Positions 1 to 10,040 of a stretch of 64,000 nucleotides of DNA are shown in pieces. Below the pieces are notes generated by a model. The model was not told where the DNA came from. It searched no databases and was given only the letters and a program-made list of their open reading frames with translations. Both the position numbers and the translations under genes were made by a program. The DNA is taken from the NCBI GenBank assembly GCA_965217775.1, contig CBDCJH010000002.1, positions 5,312,001 to 5,376,000 on the forward strand, in the 5' to 3' direction. The DNA comes from Acidobacteriota bacterium (GTDB lineage Bacteria > Acidobacteriota > UBA6911 > RPQK01 > JAJDTT01). The stretch's first letter is position 1. The number at the start of each line of letters is the position of its first letter.

Positions 1-161
1 GCTTCATCATCGGGTCCGTGGGCTGCTACTACGGGCTGGGGACCCGGGGTGGAACCAGGGGGGTTGGCCGGAATACGACGCAGGCCGTCGTGACGGCCTC
101 GATCCTGGTCATCGTGGCCGATTTTTTCCTGGGCAAGCTCATTCTGGAGTTGTGGCATTGA
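1..161 (+). CDS. mlaE: MlaE-family ABC permease, C-terminal part (5' truncated by window)
   Basis: Manual translation from nt 3: FIIGSVGCYYGLGTRGGTRGVGRNTTQAVVTASILVIVADFFL..., typical MlaE C-terminus; TGA at 159-161; precedes mlaF/mlaD. Confidence 0.85.
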   Translation, partial: FIIGSVGCYYGLGTRGGTRGVGRNTTQAVVTASILVIVADFFLGKLILELWH

Positions 162-952
162 GTGTGATTCGCTTCGAGAACGTCACCAAGAAATACGAGG
201 ACCACACCCTGCTCCAGGATTTCGACATGGAGGTGGGCCGAGGCGAAACCATGGTCCTGCTGGGCGGATCGGGCTCGGGGAAATCGACCATCCTCAAAAT
301 GGTGGTGGGCCTGGTCAGTCCCGATTCCGGATCCGTGTTCGTGGACGGCGAAGAGATCACCCGGCTTCGGGAAGAGGAGTTGATGCCGATTCGCCGGAAG
401 ATCGGCATCGTGTTCCAGGAGGGAGCTCTCTTCGATTCCCTGACGGTCAGGGACAATGTGGCTTATCGGATCCTCGAGTCCGATGAATATACGATGGAGC
501 AGGTCGACAACTGGGTGAGCCGGCTCCTGGGTTTTGTGGGATTGCAGGACGCTATCGACAAGATGCCCTCCGAGCTGTCGGGGGGAATGAAGAGGCGTGT
601 GGCCATCGCCCGGGCGTTGATGGGCAGCCCGAGGATCATGCTTTACGATGAGCCGACGGCAGGGCTTGATCCCATCACCAGTAGAATCACCTGCGAGCTC
701 ATCATCAGACTACGGGACCTGGAGGGCGTGACCGGGATTCTGGTCACCAACGATCTGCAGGCGGTTCGCGCCCTATCGGGGGAAGTGTCCACCCAGGCCC
801 CGGATGGTACCGTCGGCTTCATGCCGGTGGACCCGGAGACGACGTTGCGGAACACCCGCTTCGTCATGATCAAGGATGGACGAATCCATTACCAGGGGGG
901 GGATCCCTCTCGGGAAGGCGGTGACGAGTACGTCCGTGAGTTCCTGGCCTGA
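152..952 (+). CDS. mlaF: MlaF/Mkl-family ABC ATPase
   Basis: GGSGSGKS Walker A, LSGGMKRR signature, LYDEPTAGLDP; between mlaE and mlaD. Confidence 0.88.
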   Translation: MALSVIRFENVTKKYEDHTLLQDFDMEVGRGETMVLLGGSGSGKSTILKMVVGLVSPDSGSVFVDGEEITRLREEELMPIRRKIGIVFQEGALFDSLTVRDNVAYRILESDEYTMEQVDNWVSRLLGFVGLQDAIDKMPSELSGGMKRRVAIARALMGSPRIMLYDEPTAGLDPITSRITCELIIRLRDLEGVTGILVTNDLQAVRALSGEVSTQAPDGTVGFMPVDPETTLRNTRFVMIKDGRIHYQGGDPSREGGDEYVREFLA

Positions 953-1060
953 TTCTCCCAAGAGTCTGCGCGGTAGATCAATTTCTGCCGCGCAGGCTCC
1001 TAGGGACTTCCACCGTGGAGTCTGGGAGCGATGGGGCGCAAGGCGTCGTGGGGAAAGAGC

Positions 1061-2347
1061 ATGAACAGAGGCAGAGGGAGACCGACCCGTCTCGCCGAAC
1101 TCAAAGTCGGAATTTTCACCATTGTCACCATGGCGATTCTGGCATTGGCCGTCTTCAACATCGGCACCCGGGTCGGACTCTTGGAGGAGACATTTCGAGC
1201 CAAGACGCACCTCAACGACACTTCGGGACTGAAACCGTCGGACATTGTTCTCATCGGCGGCGTCGAAGCCGGAAACGTCTCGCGGATCAAGATCTCCAAG
1301 CCGGGTGAGATGCCTCCCACCGAGTCGAACCAGATCAACCTGGCGCGGATCGGCGAGCTGGAAAAACTGGCGGCGGAGGAGCGGCGCAAGCAGCCTCCCG
1401 ACGAGGGGCGTCTCAAGCAGATCCAGTCCGGGATCGAAAGGGTCCGGTGGCGGCTCCAGAACGTGGAGGTCTATCTGGACATCAAGCAGGAATACCGGGT
1501 CTGGATCCAGCGGGACAGCAATATCTCCCTGGGGTCCATCGGGCTGCTGGGCGACAAGTATGTGGAGGTGTCGCTGGGGCGGTCCAATGAGCCGGCGTTG
1601 GTGGTCGAAGAGGAATTCGAGACTTGGTTCGGTGTGGAGACCGATGAGGTGGTGGTGATCACCGGTTCCACCGAGCCCGGTTTCAGGGAACTGATCATCG
1701 GAGCCAACGACGTGCTGGTCAACGTCGAGGCCCTGTCCGGGCGGCTGGAAGACATCATGCAGGGACTGGGCGAAGGGAAGGGCACCGTCGGCCAGTTTCT
1801 GACCAATCCCGAATTCTTCAACAACGTCACCAAGATCATGGCCTCGTTTCAGCAAACCAGCGAAAGAGTGGCCACGCTCGGCGAGCGTCTCATCGAAGGG
1901 TCCGGGACCGTTCCCAGCCTCATTCGTGAGGATGACATCTACCAGAGCATCCGGGGCATTTCCGCTCGAACGGATGAGATCATCAGGCGAGTCGAGCAGG
2001 GGGAGGGCACTCTCGGAAAGCTCTCCAAGGATCCATCGCTCTATGACAGGATCGAACAGGTGACGGCCAGCCTCGAGTCCATTACCAAGCGCATGGAAGC
2101 CGGAGAGGGCACTCTGGGACGACTGTCCACGGATGACCAACTCTATGTGGACATGCGGCGAACCATGGACCAGATGGCGGTGTTCCTGGAGGACATTCAG
2201 GACGGTGAGGGAACCTTGGGCCGGTTGGCGAAGGACGAAGCGCTGTATCAGAATCTGAATCACCTGACCTCGGAAATGGTGAAGTTGATCCATGACTTCC
2301 GGCAGGATCCCAGGAAGTTCCTGACCATCCGATTCAAGCTGTTCTGA
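1061..2347 (+). CDS. mlaD: MlaD/MCE-domain protein with long helical C-terminus
   Basis: ELKVGIF N-terminal TM, SGLKPSDIVLIGGVEAGNV, SIGLLGDKYVEV, repeated GEGTLGRL motifs; start could be 1031. Confidence 0.85.
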   Translation: MNRGRGRPTRLAELKVGIFTIVTMAILALAVFNIGTRVGLLEETFRAKTHLNDTSGLKPSDIVLIGGVEAGNVSRIKISKPGEMPPTESNQINLARIGELEKLAAEERRKQPPDEGRLKQIQSGIERVRWRLQNVEVYLDIKQEYRVWIQRDSNISLGSIGLLGDKYVEVSLGRSNEPALVVEEEFETWFGVETDEVVVITGSTEPGFRELIIGANDVLVNVEALSGRLEDIMQGLGEGKGTVGQFLTNPEFFNNVTKIMASFQQTSERVATLGERLIEGSGTVPSLIREDDIYQSIRGISARTDEIIRRVEQGEGTLGKLSKDPSLYDRIEQVTASLESITKRMEAGEGTLGRLSTDDQLYVDMRRTMDQMAVFLEDIQDGEGTLGRLAKDEALYQNLNHLTSEMVKLIHDFRQDPRKFLTIRFKLF

Positions 2348-2363
2348 GTCGGGGGGAGAATCC

Positions 2364-3245
2364 ATGATTTCGCAAACCATCGGCCAGGGAGCCCGGGTCA
2401 TCCTGAGGGGGATCGTGTGGGGGCTGATGACCTTGCACGTCAAACCCAATCACCTCACCGTTCTGGGTTTCGTCACCAGCATCTGGGCCGCTTTCGTTTT
2501 CGCAAGCGGCCACTTCGTTTCCGCTGGCCTGGTTCTGATTCTCGCCGGCCTGTTCGACATGGTGGACGGCATGGTGGCCCGAACCGCCAATACTGCGACT
2601 CCCTTCGGTGCCTTCTTCGATTCGGTCATGGACCGGTACTCGGACCTGATCATCTACCTGGGCCTCATCATTTACTACGGCCAACAGGACCGGTTCACCT
2701 ACGTCGTATTGGTGAGCATAGCCATGATGGGATCGGTTCTGATCAGCTACACCAGGGCCCGGGCCGAATGCCTGATCCCCAGTTGCAAGGTCGGTTTCCT
2801 GGAACGTCCCGAACGCCTGGTCCTGCTCATCATCGGCTCCTTCTACTCCATGGAGCCCGTCCTCTGGGCCATTGCCGTCATCGGGAACTGGACGGTGATT
2901 CACCGGATTCTCCACACTCGGTCGCAGATGAGACCGTCCGAACCGCGGCGAAGTCGGGAGCCCTCCGTCCGGGCGCCGGCGGGATCGATGCGGTACGTGC
3001 GTGGAACCTGGCGCTACGACGTGGTCTGCGTGATGATCCTGGGTTTTATTTTCCTGACTCCGGCCACGGTCTTCGACGGTTCCCTCTTTTCCAAGAGGCA
3101 GGAGCCTGAAAGTCCGAAAGAGATCATGCCCGACCCCAAGAAGACTCAGATTCAGACCATCAACAGAGTGGTTCTGCTGCCTGGCCATGCTCCGGCAACT
3201 CGTGGCGACGTTTACCATCGATTGCCAAGTTCGGCGTCCAGGTAG
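2364..3245 (+). CDS. CDP-alcohol phosphatidyltransferase with C-terminal extension
   Basis: DMVDGMVAR...GAFFDSVMDRYSD is the CDP-OH_P_transf motif. Confidence 0.88.
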   Translation: MISQTIGQGARVILRGIVWGLMTLHVKPNHLTVLGFVTSIWAAFVFASGHFVSAGLVLILAGLFDMVDGMVARTANTATPFGAFFDSVMDRYSDLIIYLGLIIYYGQQDRFTYVVLVSIAMMGSVLISYTRARAECLIPSCKVGFLERPERLVLLIIGSFYSMEPVLWAIAVIGNWTVIHRILHTRSQMRPSEPRRSREPSVRAPAGSMRYVRGTWRYDVVCVMILGFIFLTPATVFDGSLFSKRQEPESPKEIMPDPKKTQIQTINRVVLLPGHAPATRGDVYHRLPSSASR

Positions 3246-3259
3246 GAGACCGCCCGTCC

Positions 3260-3964
3260 ATGGAATCAGCCTTTCGGATCTCCCTCCTCGTTCTGCTCCT
3301 CGGCTTCTTCACAGCTCTTCAGGTGGAAGGCGAGGAGAGGACAGGAGCGCCGCCGAATCTGGAGTCGGTTCTGGAGAACATGGATCGGCGAGGCGGCAAT
3401 CTTCGTTCCATGAGCGCCAAGATCGTCCAGCAGAAATGGACCGACATTCTGGAGGAGTTCGACCAGGAAGAGCGGGGCGAGTTTCATTTCCTCAGGGAGA
3501 AAGAGGCGATCCATCTGAGGAGAGACCTCACGGAACCGGGGCGGAGCACCCTTCTGATCAATGACGGAAAAGGGATCTTCTATCAGCCGCTTCTCAAGCA
3601 AGCCAACCGGTATGATCTGGGGGCGAGAAAGAATCGAGCCGAATTCCTGTTGCTGGGTTTCACCTCCAAGCAGGAGGCCCTCCGCGAGGCTTACGCCATA
3701 CGATGGCTGGGACCCGAGATGATTGGCGACCGGCAGACCTACGCGCTCGAATTGACCCCCCGGTCCGGCAAAGTCTCCGCCTTTTTCTCCCGAATCGTGC
3801 TCTGGGTCGACGGCCGTCTCTGGGTCCCCATTCAGCAGAAACTGGTGGAGCCCACGCGCGACTACCTGCTGATCCGGTTCGAAGACGTCCGTCTGAACCT
3901 GGACCTGCCGGCTTCCAGATTCAAGCTGGAGTTGCCTCCCGACGTCAACGTCATCCAGTTCTGA
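3260..3964 (+). CDS. LolA-family outer-membrane lipoprotein carrier protein
   Basis: Signal peptide, SMSAKIVQ, ALELTP...RIVLWVD, FEDVRLNLDLP..F.LELPPDV LolA-like C-terminus. Confidence 0.75.
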   Translation: MESAFRISLLVLLLGFFTALQVEGEERTGAPPNLESVLENMDRRGGNLRSMSAKIVQQKWTDILEEFDQEERGEFHFLREKEAIHLRRDLTEPGRSTLLINDGKGIFYQPLLKQANRYDLGARKNRAEFLLLGFTSKQEALREAYAIRWLGPEMIGDRQTYALELTPRSGKVSAFFSRIVLWVDGRLWVPIQQKLVEPTRDYLLIRFEDVRLNLDLPASRFKLELPPDVNVIQF

Positions 3965-4007
3965 CCGGAAATGGGCTGGTTGGTCCGTCAGCCAACCGCG
4001 GCCGGTA

Positions 4008-4718
4008 TCACTCGGAACCCGAGCTCACAAGCCGGCCATCCTTCATCGTGATGACACGGCTGGCGGCAGTGGCGGCATCCGGATTGTGGGTGATCATCAG
4101 GATGGTCTGGTTGTAACGGTGATTCAGCTCTTTCAGGATGGAGAGGACGTTGTCGGAGTTCTGGGAATCCAGGTTTCCGGTGGGTTCATCCGCCAGCAGC
4201 AACGCGGGACGATTGATGACGGCGCGGGCCACGGAGATACGCTGCTGTTCGCCGCCTGAGAGCTCGGAGGGCTTGTGATCCATCTTGCCCTCCAGTCCCA
4301 ACAGTTGGAAGATCTCTCGAGTGCGGGCCTCATTCTGATGGCCGTTGCCATGAATGCGGCACGCCAGCTCGATGTTGTGCCGGGCGGTCAGGGTCGGCAG
4401 GAGATTGAACCGTTGAAAGACGAATCCGATCTTCGCCTTGCGGATTTCGGTTCTTTCCGCGTCGCTGATCAGGCTCATCTCCACGCCGTCGATCCAGATC
4501 CGGCCGGAGGAGGGGGTCAGGAGTCCGCCCAGAAGATGGAGCAGGGTGGATTTGCCGCAACCGCTGGGCCCCATGATGGCCAGGAACTCGCCGGTCCGGA
4601 CCTTCAGATCGATACCGCGCAGTGCGGGGACCTCCATCTTCCCGATGCGGAAGACCATCTGGAGGTCCTCGGCCACCACCAGATTCTTGTCTCGATTCAT
4701 TTCCAGAGTGTGCCTCAT
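4008..4718 (-). CDS. LolD/MacB-like ABC ATPase
   Basis: [29 protein letters not shown]. Confidence 0.88.
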   Translation of the reverse strand: MRHTLEMNRDKNLVVAEDLQMVFRIGKMEVPALRGIDLKVRTGEFLAIMGPSGCGKSTLLHLLGGLLTPSSGRIWIDGVEMSLISDAERTEIRKAKIGFVFQRFNLLPTLTARHNIELACRIHGNGHQNEARTREIFQLLGLEGKMDHKPSELSGGEQQRISVARAVINRPALLLADEPTGNLDSQNSDNVLSILKELNHRYNQTILMITHNPDAATAASRVITMKDGRLVSSGSE

Positions 4719-4917
4719 TCAGGAGAGCCTCCAAACGGAGTTCAAAAGCCGGGAGCCCTCTCGGCAGCGAGCCTTAGTCGGACGATCCAGGATAGCCGCA
4801 ACTTTCATTGTATACCGGTTCGGAAGCGGGCTTCAACGTTTCTGTTTTCTGGACTTTCGGGGGTCGATCGCCGGCGTCGGCGGGGAGAACTTCGCCCGAT
4901 CGGACGCGCGTTCGGGT

Positions 4918-5796
4918 CTATTGGAGAGTGATCGTTTCGGCTCCCGGCGGGACCGGAAGCTGGAAGTGGCGTTCCTCCAAATCGCGGCCGATTTTCAGGC
5001 TCTCCGGCTCCAACTGGAGCCGGAGCGTGTATCGTTCCCGGGGGCGTTCCAGCACGACTCCAGTGTTGACGACCACCTGACCCAGGGTGGCGGGCTCGGT
5101 GTAACGGATCGAGCCGGCGACCTTGCCGGCGGGGTCGTAGTAGTCCTGGCGCACCAACTCCAGCTTGCTGCGTTCGATCCAGAGTCTCCTCTTCAGGCGC
5201 AGGTTCCGGGGGGCCAGTTCATGGATGACGTAGTACTTGGATTTGGCGTCCCTCTCCTCGATCATGTAGACCCGTGCCGCCGGTCCCGTCGGAAGCGGCT
5301 CGATCAGGATGGCCGGAAGCACATGCTCCGGCCGGACGTTGTACAGGGGATTGTCGTAATCGCGCTTCAGACGGGTGCTCCCGGTGACGAACTGGTTCTT
5401 CGTAGGCGCCCAGATCTGGAATCTGGCCTGACGACTGGCCATGGCAACGACGGTGGTTCGAGTCAACGGATTCAGCACGTTGATGCGGATGGCATCGGGG
5501 CGCTTGGCGATGAGCTGGGAGGGCGCCTTTCGATAACGCTCATGGTAACCGGCGTCCGGCGAGTGCCCTTCCAACTCCAACCTCACCTTGGCGACCAGGC
5601 TTTCCACGCCGGCGTATGACGTGTTGATCCGTTGGACCAGATCCGGAAGTGTGGACTCCAGAGCCAGCCGGTGGGCAGGAGCCGCCTCGACCCGGACCTT
5701 GGTTTTGATGACCTTTCTGCAGCCGGCCGGCAGCAGCGCCAGGATCAGGATCACGAGCAGCGCGCGCCCTGCCGAACCGGAGGCCGGTGGGATCAC
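4918..5796 (-). CDS. Putative lipoprotein (LolA/LolB-like fold, uncharacterised)
   Basis: Lipobox-like LPAGC after hydrophobic stretch; beta-rich sequence. Confidence 0.6.
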   Translation of the reverse strand: MIPPASGSAGRALLVILILALLPAGCRKVIKTKVRVEAAPAHRLALESTLPDLVQRINTSYAGVESLVAKVRLELEGHSPDAGYHERYRKAPSQLIAKRPDAIRINVLNPLTRTTVVAMASRQARFQIWAPTKNQFVTGSTRLKRDYDNPLYNVRPEHVLPAILIEPLPTGPAARVYMIEERDAKSKYYVIHELAPRNLRLKRRLWIERSKLELVRQDYYDPAGKVAGSIRYTEPATLGQVVVNTGVVLERPRERYTLRLQLEPESLKIGRDLEERHFQLPVPPGAETITLQ

Positions 5797-6449
5797 GTGG
5801 CCTCCCCGGAGAAAGCCTTTTTTCGGTTTCTTCTCCGGATCAGGACGATTCCCGTCAGCACGGCGGCCAGGGACAGGAACAGGACGACACCGACGGTTTT
5901 CATTTCCTCCTGGAGGACCTGCTTGGCAGCCTCACCATAGAGAACTGCCAGAATTCCCCACATGAAGTACCGGATGCTCCTGCCCAGAGAGATCAACACG
6001 ATGAATCGACCCGGAGGGATCCGGAAGAGGCCGGCGGAGAGGACGAAGATCTTGAAGGGAGTCGGCGGGGGGAGGACGGCCGGCACCAGGAGGGTCCAGA
6101 TGCCCCAGCGGTCGTACAGTCGCCGCATCTCGTTTCGTCTTTCCTCGGACAACCTCCTCTTCACGAAATTCCCGCCTCGACGGCCGACGCTGTACAGGAG
6201 CGTGCATCCCAGGACTGACCCGGTGATGGTCATGGTCACGTAATAGGACATGAGGTCCCAGGACTGTCCGGTGGACAAGGCAATGATCAGAATGTCGTTT
6301 CCTTCGGGAATGGACAGGAAAGAGGAATCGGCCAGCGCCACCAACAGCAGGGCGGGTCCTCCATACTCCACGATAGTCTCGTAGAGACCACTGAGCGTCT
6401 CCTGGATTTGCTGCCAGAAGCTCAAGCTGCAGACCTGGAAGAGGGCCAT
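5793..6449 (-). CDS. DedA/VTT (YqaA-like) membrane protein
   Basis: ALADSSFLSIP, GSVLGC, LPPPTPFKIFVLSAG, GRSIRY motifs. Confidence 0.8.
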   Translation of the reverse strand: MALFQVCSLSFWQQIQETLSGLYETIVEYGGPALLLVALADSSFLSIPEGNDILIIALSTGQSWDLMSYYVTMTITGSVLGCTLLYSVGRRGGNFVKRRLSEERRNEMRRLYDRWGIWTLLVPAVLPPPTPFKIFVLSAGLFRIPPGRFIVLISLGRSIRYFMWGILAVLYGEAAKQVLQEEMKTVGVVLFLSLAAVLTGIVLIRRRNRKKAFSGEAT

Positions 6450-6478
6450 TTCGAGTAATATGTTATCAGAGCCGGTCG

Positions 6479-7009
6479 ATGGGCCTGCCCGGCTCTTCAG
6501 GCGGCTCTGTTGTCCGGCGTGACAACCGGGACGGCAGAATTTGGAAGGAAACGTTGCCCATGGTCGAGTCTCCGCAGAGCATGGATTCCGAAGGGATCGA
6601 GCTCGAGTTGGATCGTATCGAGACTCTCTACAGAGAGTACGTACTGGGCGGACGTGTGCGTCCTGTGAGCCTGGCCGGAAGGAAGTGCCGCCCGCGGATC
6701 ATGGACACCATTTTGGGCTTTGAGATTCGCGCCGGATCCAGAAAAATCGCTTGTCCCGACATTGCCAGCGCTCGCTATCTGGTGATCTTTACCGAGCTGG
6801 GGATGGATTTGGTGTGCATCCCGTACGACCCCACGCGGACCGCCAGGATCCTTCCGCAGTTGGAGCGGTCCTTCGGTCGGATCAGGGAACTCCTGGCGGA
6901 AGCCGGCGGCCCGGGAACGGCGCAGAAGAAAACGGGACGCGTGTACGCCAAGCTGAGGGATCGTCTCAGGAAGGCCGAGCGAAGTGTTCCCGGGATCGAT
7001 TCCTGCTGA
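6479..7009 (+). CDS. Hypothetical protein (start uncertain, perhaps 6560)
   Basis: Fills the gap between divergent and convergent neighbours; protein-like composition. Confidence 0.55.
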   Translation: MGLPGSSGGSVVRRDNRDGRIWKETLPMVESPQSMDSEGIELELDRIETLYREYVLGGRVRPVSLAGRKCRPRIMDTILGFEIRAGSRKIACPDIASARYLVIFTELGMDLVCIPYDPTRTARILPQLERSFGRIRELLAEAGGPGTAQKKTGRVYAKLRDRLRKAERSVPGIDSC

Positions 7010-7049
7010 TTTCCCAACCCGGCGTAGCCGGAATCGGAATTTCCTTGCC

Positions 7050-7130
7050 GGAGCGGCGGCTTTCCAGCCGCCGGCTCTTCGTCTGGCTCCGTTTTGGACC
7101 GAAGAGGGCACCCACAAGGGGAGCCCCTAC
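7050..7130. repeat. Composite REP-like element (GGAG-palindrome plus inverted GTAG-palindrome) overlapping the dnaK stop
   Basis: GGAGCGGCGGCTTTCCAGCCGCCG at 7050-7073 and rc GTAGGGGCTCCCCTTGTGGGTGCCC at 7106-7130; related copies at 44094-44313, 60552-60574 and 61700-61807. Confidence 0.7.
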
Positions 7131-9052
7131 TTTTTGTCGTCCACGTCGACATATTCGGCGTCGATCACCTGGCCATCGTCCTCGTGAGTGCCGCTGGCAC
7201 GAGCCTCCGGTCCGCCCGGACCGCCGGGCTGGGGCTCGGTCGTTTCTGACTGCTGAGTCTGTTGATACATGGCCTGAGCCACCTGGTGCGAGGCCTGTTG
7301 CAGTTTTTCCACGCTCTGATTGATGGCTTCGGCGTCTCCTCCCTCCATGGCCTTTCGGGTTTCGGCGATGGCGTCCTCGACGGCTTTCACGTCCGCTTCC
7401 GGAATCTTGTCCCGGTTGTCCTTGACCAGTTTCTCGGTGGAGTAGATCAGGTTGTCCGCCTGGTTCCGTGCCTCGATCTCCTCCTTCTTCCGCCGGTCTT
7501 CCTCGCTGTGGTCCTCGGCCTCCCTCATCATCTGTTGGATCTCATCGTCGCTGAGTCCGCTGGAGCCGGAGATGGTGATCTTCTGCTCCGTTCCGGTGCC
7601 CAGATCCTTGGCGCTCACGTTGAGGATGCCGTTCGCATCGATGTCGAAGGTGACCTCGATCTGAGGGATGCCCCGGGGAGCAGGTGGAATCCCCGACAGG
7701 TGAAACCGGCCCAGGGACTTGTTCGCTCTGGCCATGGGCCGCTCCCCCTGCTGGACGTGGACCTCCACCGATGTCTGGCTGTCTGCGGCAGTGGAGAAGA
7801 CCTCGCTCTTGCGCGTGGGAATGGTCGTGTTCCTGGGGATCAACACGGTGGCCACGCCTCCCAAAGTCTCGATGCCGAGCGACAGCGGAGTGACGTCCAA
7901 GAGCAGGACATCCTTGACCTCGCCGCCCAGGACGCCGGCTTGGACGGCGGCACCCACGCCCACGACCTCGTCCGGGTTGACGCCCTTGTGAGGCTCCTTG
8001 CCGAAGAAATCGCGGACGATCTCATGAACTCTCGGTATCCGCGTGGAGCCACCGACCAGAACCACCTCGTTCACTTCCTGGGGGTTCATTTCGGCGTCGG
8101 CCAAAGCCCGGCGGCAGGGTTCCACGGTCCTTTGCAGCAGGTCTTCCACCAGCCGCTCGAACCGGGCCCGGGTCAGCTTCAGGTTCAGGTGCTTGGGTCC
8201 GCTGGCATCCGCCGTAATGAAGGGTAGATTGATGTCGGTCTCCTGGGTTGTGGAGAGCTCCGTCTTGGCCTTCTCTGCCGCTTCCTTCAATCGCTGAAGG
8301 GCCATCTTGTCCCGGGAGAGATCGATACCCTGGTCCCTCTGGAACTCGTCGACTACCCAGTCGATGAGCCGCTGGTCGATGTTGTCGCCGCCCAGGTGCG
8401 TGTCGCCGTTGGTGGCCTTGACCTCGACGATTCCCTCTCCGACTTCCAGGATCGAAATGTCGAAGGTGCCGCCGCCGAAGTCGAAGACGGCGATGGTCTG
8501 GTCCGTCTTCTGGTCCAGACCGTAGGCCAGCGCGGCGGCGGTCGGCTCGTTCACGAGCCTCAGGACCTCCAGGCCCGCGATCTTCCCGGCGTCCTTGGTT
8601 GCCTGCCGCTGCGAATCGTTGAAGTAAGCGGGCACGGTGATGACGGCCTGATTCACGCTCTGGCCCAGATATTCCTCGGCGGCGGACCGGAGCTTCTGAA
8701 GGATCATGGCCGACACCTCGGGCGGCGAGTGATTCTTGCCACCCAGGATCGCCCGGGCGTCCCCGTTGCCCGAAGCGTTGACCTGGTACGGGACCATCCC
8801 GATCTCTTCGTTCACTTCGTTGAACTTTCGCCCCATGAACCGCTTGATGGAGTAGGCGGTGTTTTCAGGATTGGTGATGGCTTGGCGCTTGGCGACCTGA
8901 CCCACCAGCCGCTCGCCGCTCTTGGTGATGGCGACGACTGAAGCGGTCGTACGTCCGCCTTCCTGGTTGGCGATGACGGTCGGCTTGTTCCCCTCCATCA
9001 CCGCCACCACCGAGTTCGTGGTTCCCAAATCGATACCGATGATTCTCGACAT
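7127..9052 (-). CDS. dnaK: Hsp70 chaperone DnaK
   Basis: [45 protein letters not shown] tail. Confidence 0.98.
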   Translation of the reverse strand: MSRIIGIDLGTTNSVVAVMEGNKPTVIANQEGGRTTASVVAITKSGERLVGQVAKRQAITNPENTAYSIKRFMGRKFNEVNEEIGMVPYQVNASGNGDARAILGGKNHSPPEVSAMILQKLRSAAEEYLGQSVNQAVITVPAYFNDSQRQATKDAGKIAGLEVLRLVNEPTAAALAYGLDQKTDQTIAVFDFGGGTFDISILEVGEGIVEVKATNGDTHLGGDNIDQRLIDWVVDEFQRDQGIDLSRDKMALQRLKEAAEKAKTELSTTQETDINLPFITADASGPKHLNLKLTRARFERLVEDLLQRTVEPCRRALADAEMNPQEVNEVVLVGGSTRIPRVHEIVRDFFGKEPHKGVNPDEVVGVGAAVQAGVLGGEVKDVLLLDVTPLSLGIETLGGVATVLIPRNTTIPTRKSEVFSTAADSQTSVEVHVQQGERPMARANKSLGRFHLSGIPPAPRGIPQIEVTFDIDANGILNVSAKDLGTGTEQKITISGSSGLSDDEIQQMMREAEDHSEEDRRKKEEIEARNQADNLIYSTEKLVKDNRDKIPEADVKAVEDAIAETRKAMEGGDAEAINQSVEKLQQASHQVAQAMYQQTQQSETTEPQPGGPGGPEARASGTHEDDGQVIDAEYVDVDDKK

Positions 9053-9091
9053 TTCGGGCTTCCTCCTGCCTATTTGAATAGCTGCTAATGA

Positions 9092-9120
9092 CTAGTAAGA
9101 TTCGATCTTGGGGCTGTCAA
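9092..9120 (-). promoter_or_regulatory. Sigma70-like promoter of dnaK
   Basis: Minus strand TTGACA-17 nt-TACTAG, followed by an AGGAGG RBS before the ATG. Confidence 0.6.
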
Positions 9121-9142
9121 GGACGGCCACCCGGCCCTGGAG

Positions 9143-9304
9143 TCAGGACCGGGAGTCGCCGGGACTGCCGCCGCGGTCTTGGATCTCCGCGGCCAGCGAA
9201 TCCAGCCGCCGGCCCAGCCGGCGCTGGGTCCGGGTGATGTGGAGCAGGTAGACAAACAATAGGGTCCAGATGACCATGTAAGCGGCGAAGAGATAGCCGA
9301 TCAC
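9143..9304 (-). CDS. ccmD: CcmD-like heme exporter small subunit (53 aa, absent from ORF track)
   Basis: Manual translation MIGYLFAAYMVIWTLLFVYLLHITRTQRRLGRRLDSL...; GGAG RBS; directly after ccmC. Confidence 0.75.
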   Translation of the reverse strand: MIGYLFAAYMVIWTLLFVYLLHITRTQRRLGRRLDSLAAEIQDRGGSPGDSRS

Positions 9305-9317
9305 GATCCGTACTCCA

Positions 9318-10040
9318 TCATTTGGCCAGGACCTCCACTTCCATTTCCTGAGTCAGTCGCTCCTGAAGACGCATGGACGTTCTCAAGCAGAGTAGGGCCG
9401 CATAGAGGGCCGCAAAAGCGAATACCGAGATCAAGAGCGTGTGCACCATCCTCGCTTCCAGATTCATGCCGCTGGAAGTGATGACCACCGGATGGTGGGT
9501 TCTCCACCAGCGGATGGACATCCAGACGATGGGGACGTTGATAAAACCGACGATGCCCAGCACGGCACAGAACTTGTACTTCTGATCTCCCTCGGGAAGG
9601 CTGCTCCGGAGAATGAGGTACGAGACGTACATCAGCCACAGCACCAGGGTGGTCGTGACCCGAGGGTCGCCCCAGGGCCACCAGGTGAACCAGATCGGCT
9701 TGGCCCAGATCGATCCGGTGACCAGAGTGATGGTAGTGAACACCACGCCAACCTCGGTGGACGCCACGGCCAACTGGTCCCATTTGACGCGTCTGGTTTT
9801 GAGATACGCGATACTGGCAAGGAAGACCACGAAAAAAGCCAGAAAGGCGTTCCAGGCGGACCCCACGTGGAAGTAGAAGATCCGCTGGACGTCGCCCATC
9901 ATTTTTTCCGTGGGGGCGTACAGGAAGGCGGCATAGAGGGCCAACCCTCCCAGCAGGTAAGCGGGGGCCAGGAGCCAACCGGACCACGCCGTGTAACGGC
10001 GAATCGTCTTCCGGTCCGCATCAAGATTCTTCGACCACAT
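9318..10040 (-). CDS. ccmC: Heme exporter CcmC
   Basis: QRIFYFHV, TGSIWAKPIWFTWWPWGDPR WWD motif, WWRTHHP. Confidence 0.92.
   Translation of the reverse strand: MWSKNLDADRKTIRRYTAWSGWLLAPAYLLGGLALYAAFLYAPTEKMMGDVQRIFYFHVGSAWNAFLAFFVVFLASIAYLKTRRVKWDQLAVASTEVGVVFTTITLVTGSIWAKPIWFTWWPWGDPRVTTTLVLWLMYVSYLILRSSLPEGDQKYKFCAVLGIVGFINVPIVWMSIRWWRTHHPVVITSSGMNLEARMVHTLLISVFAFAALYAALLCLRTSMRLQERLTQEMEVEVLAK

Noticed and set aside
9062-9089. Possible CIRCE upstream of dnaK (TTAGCAGCT...)
   Set aside because: Only a partial half-site; no GAGTGCTAA arm
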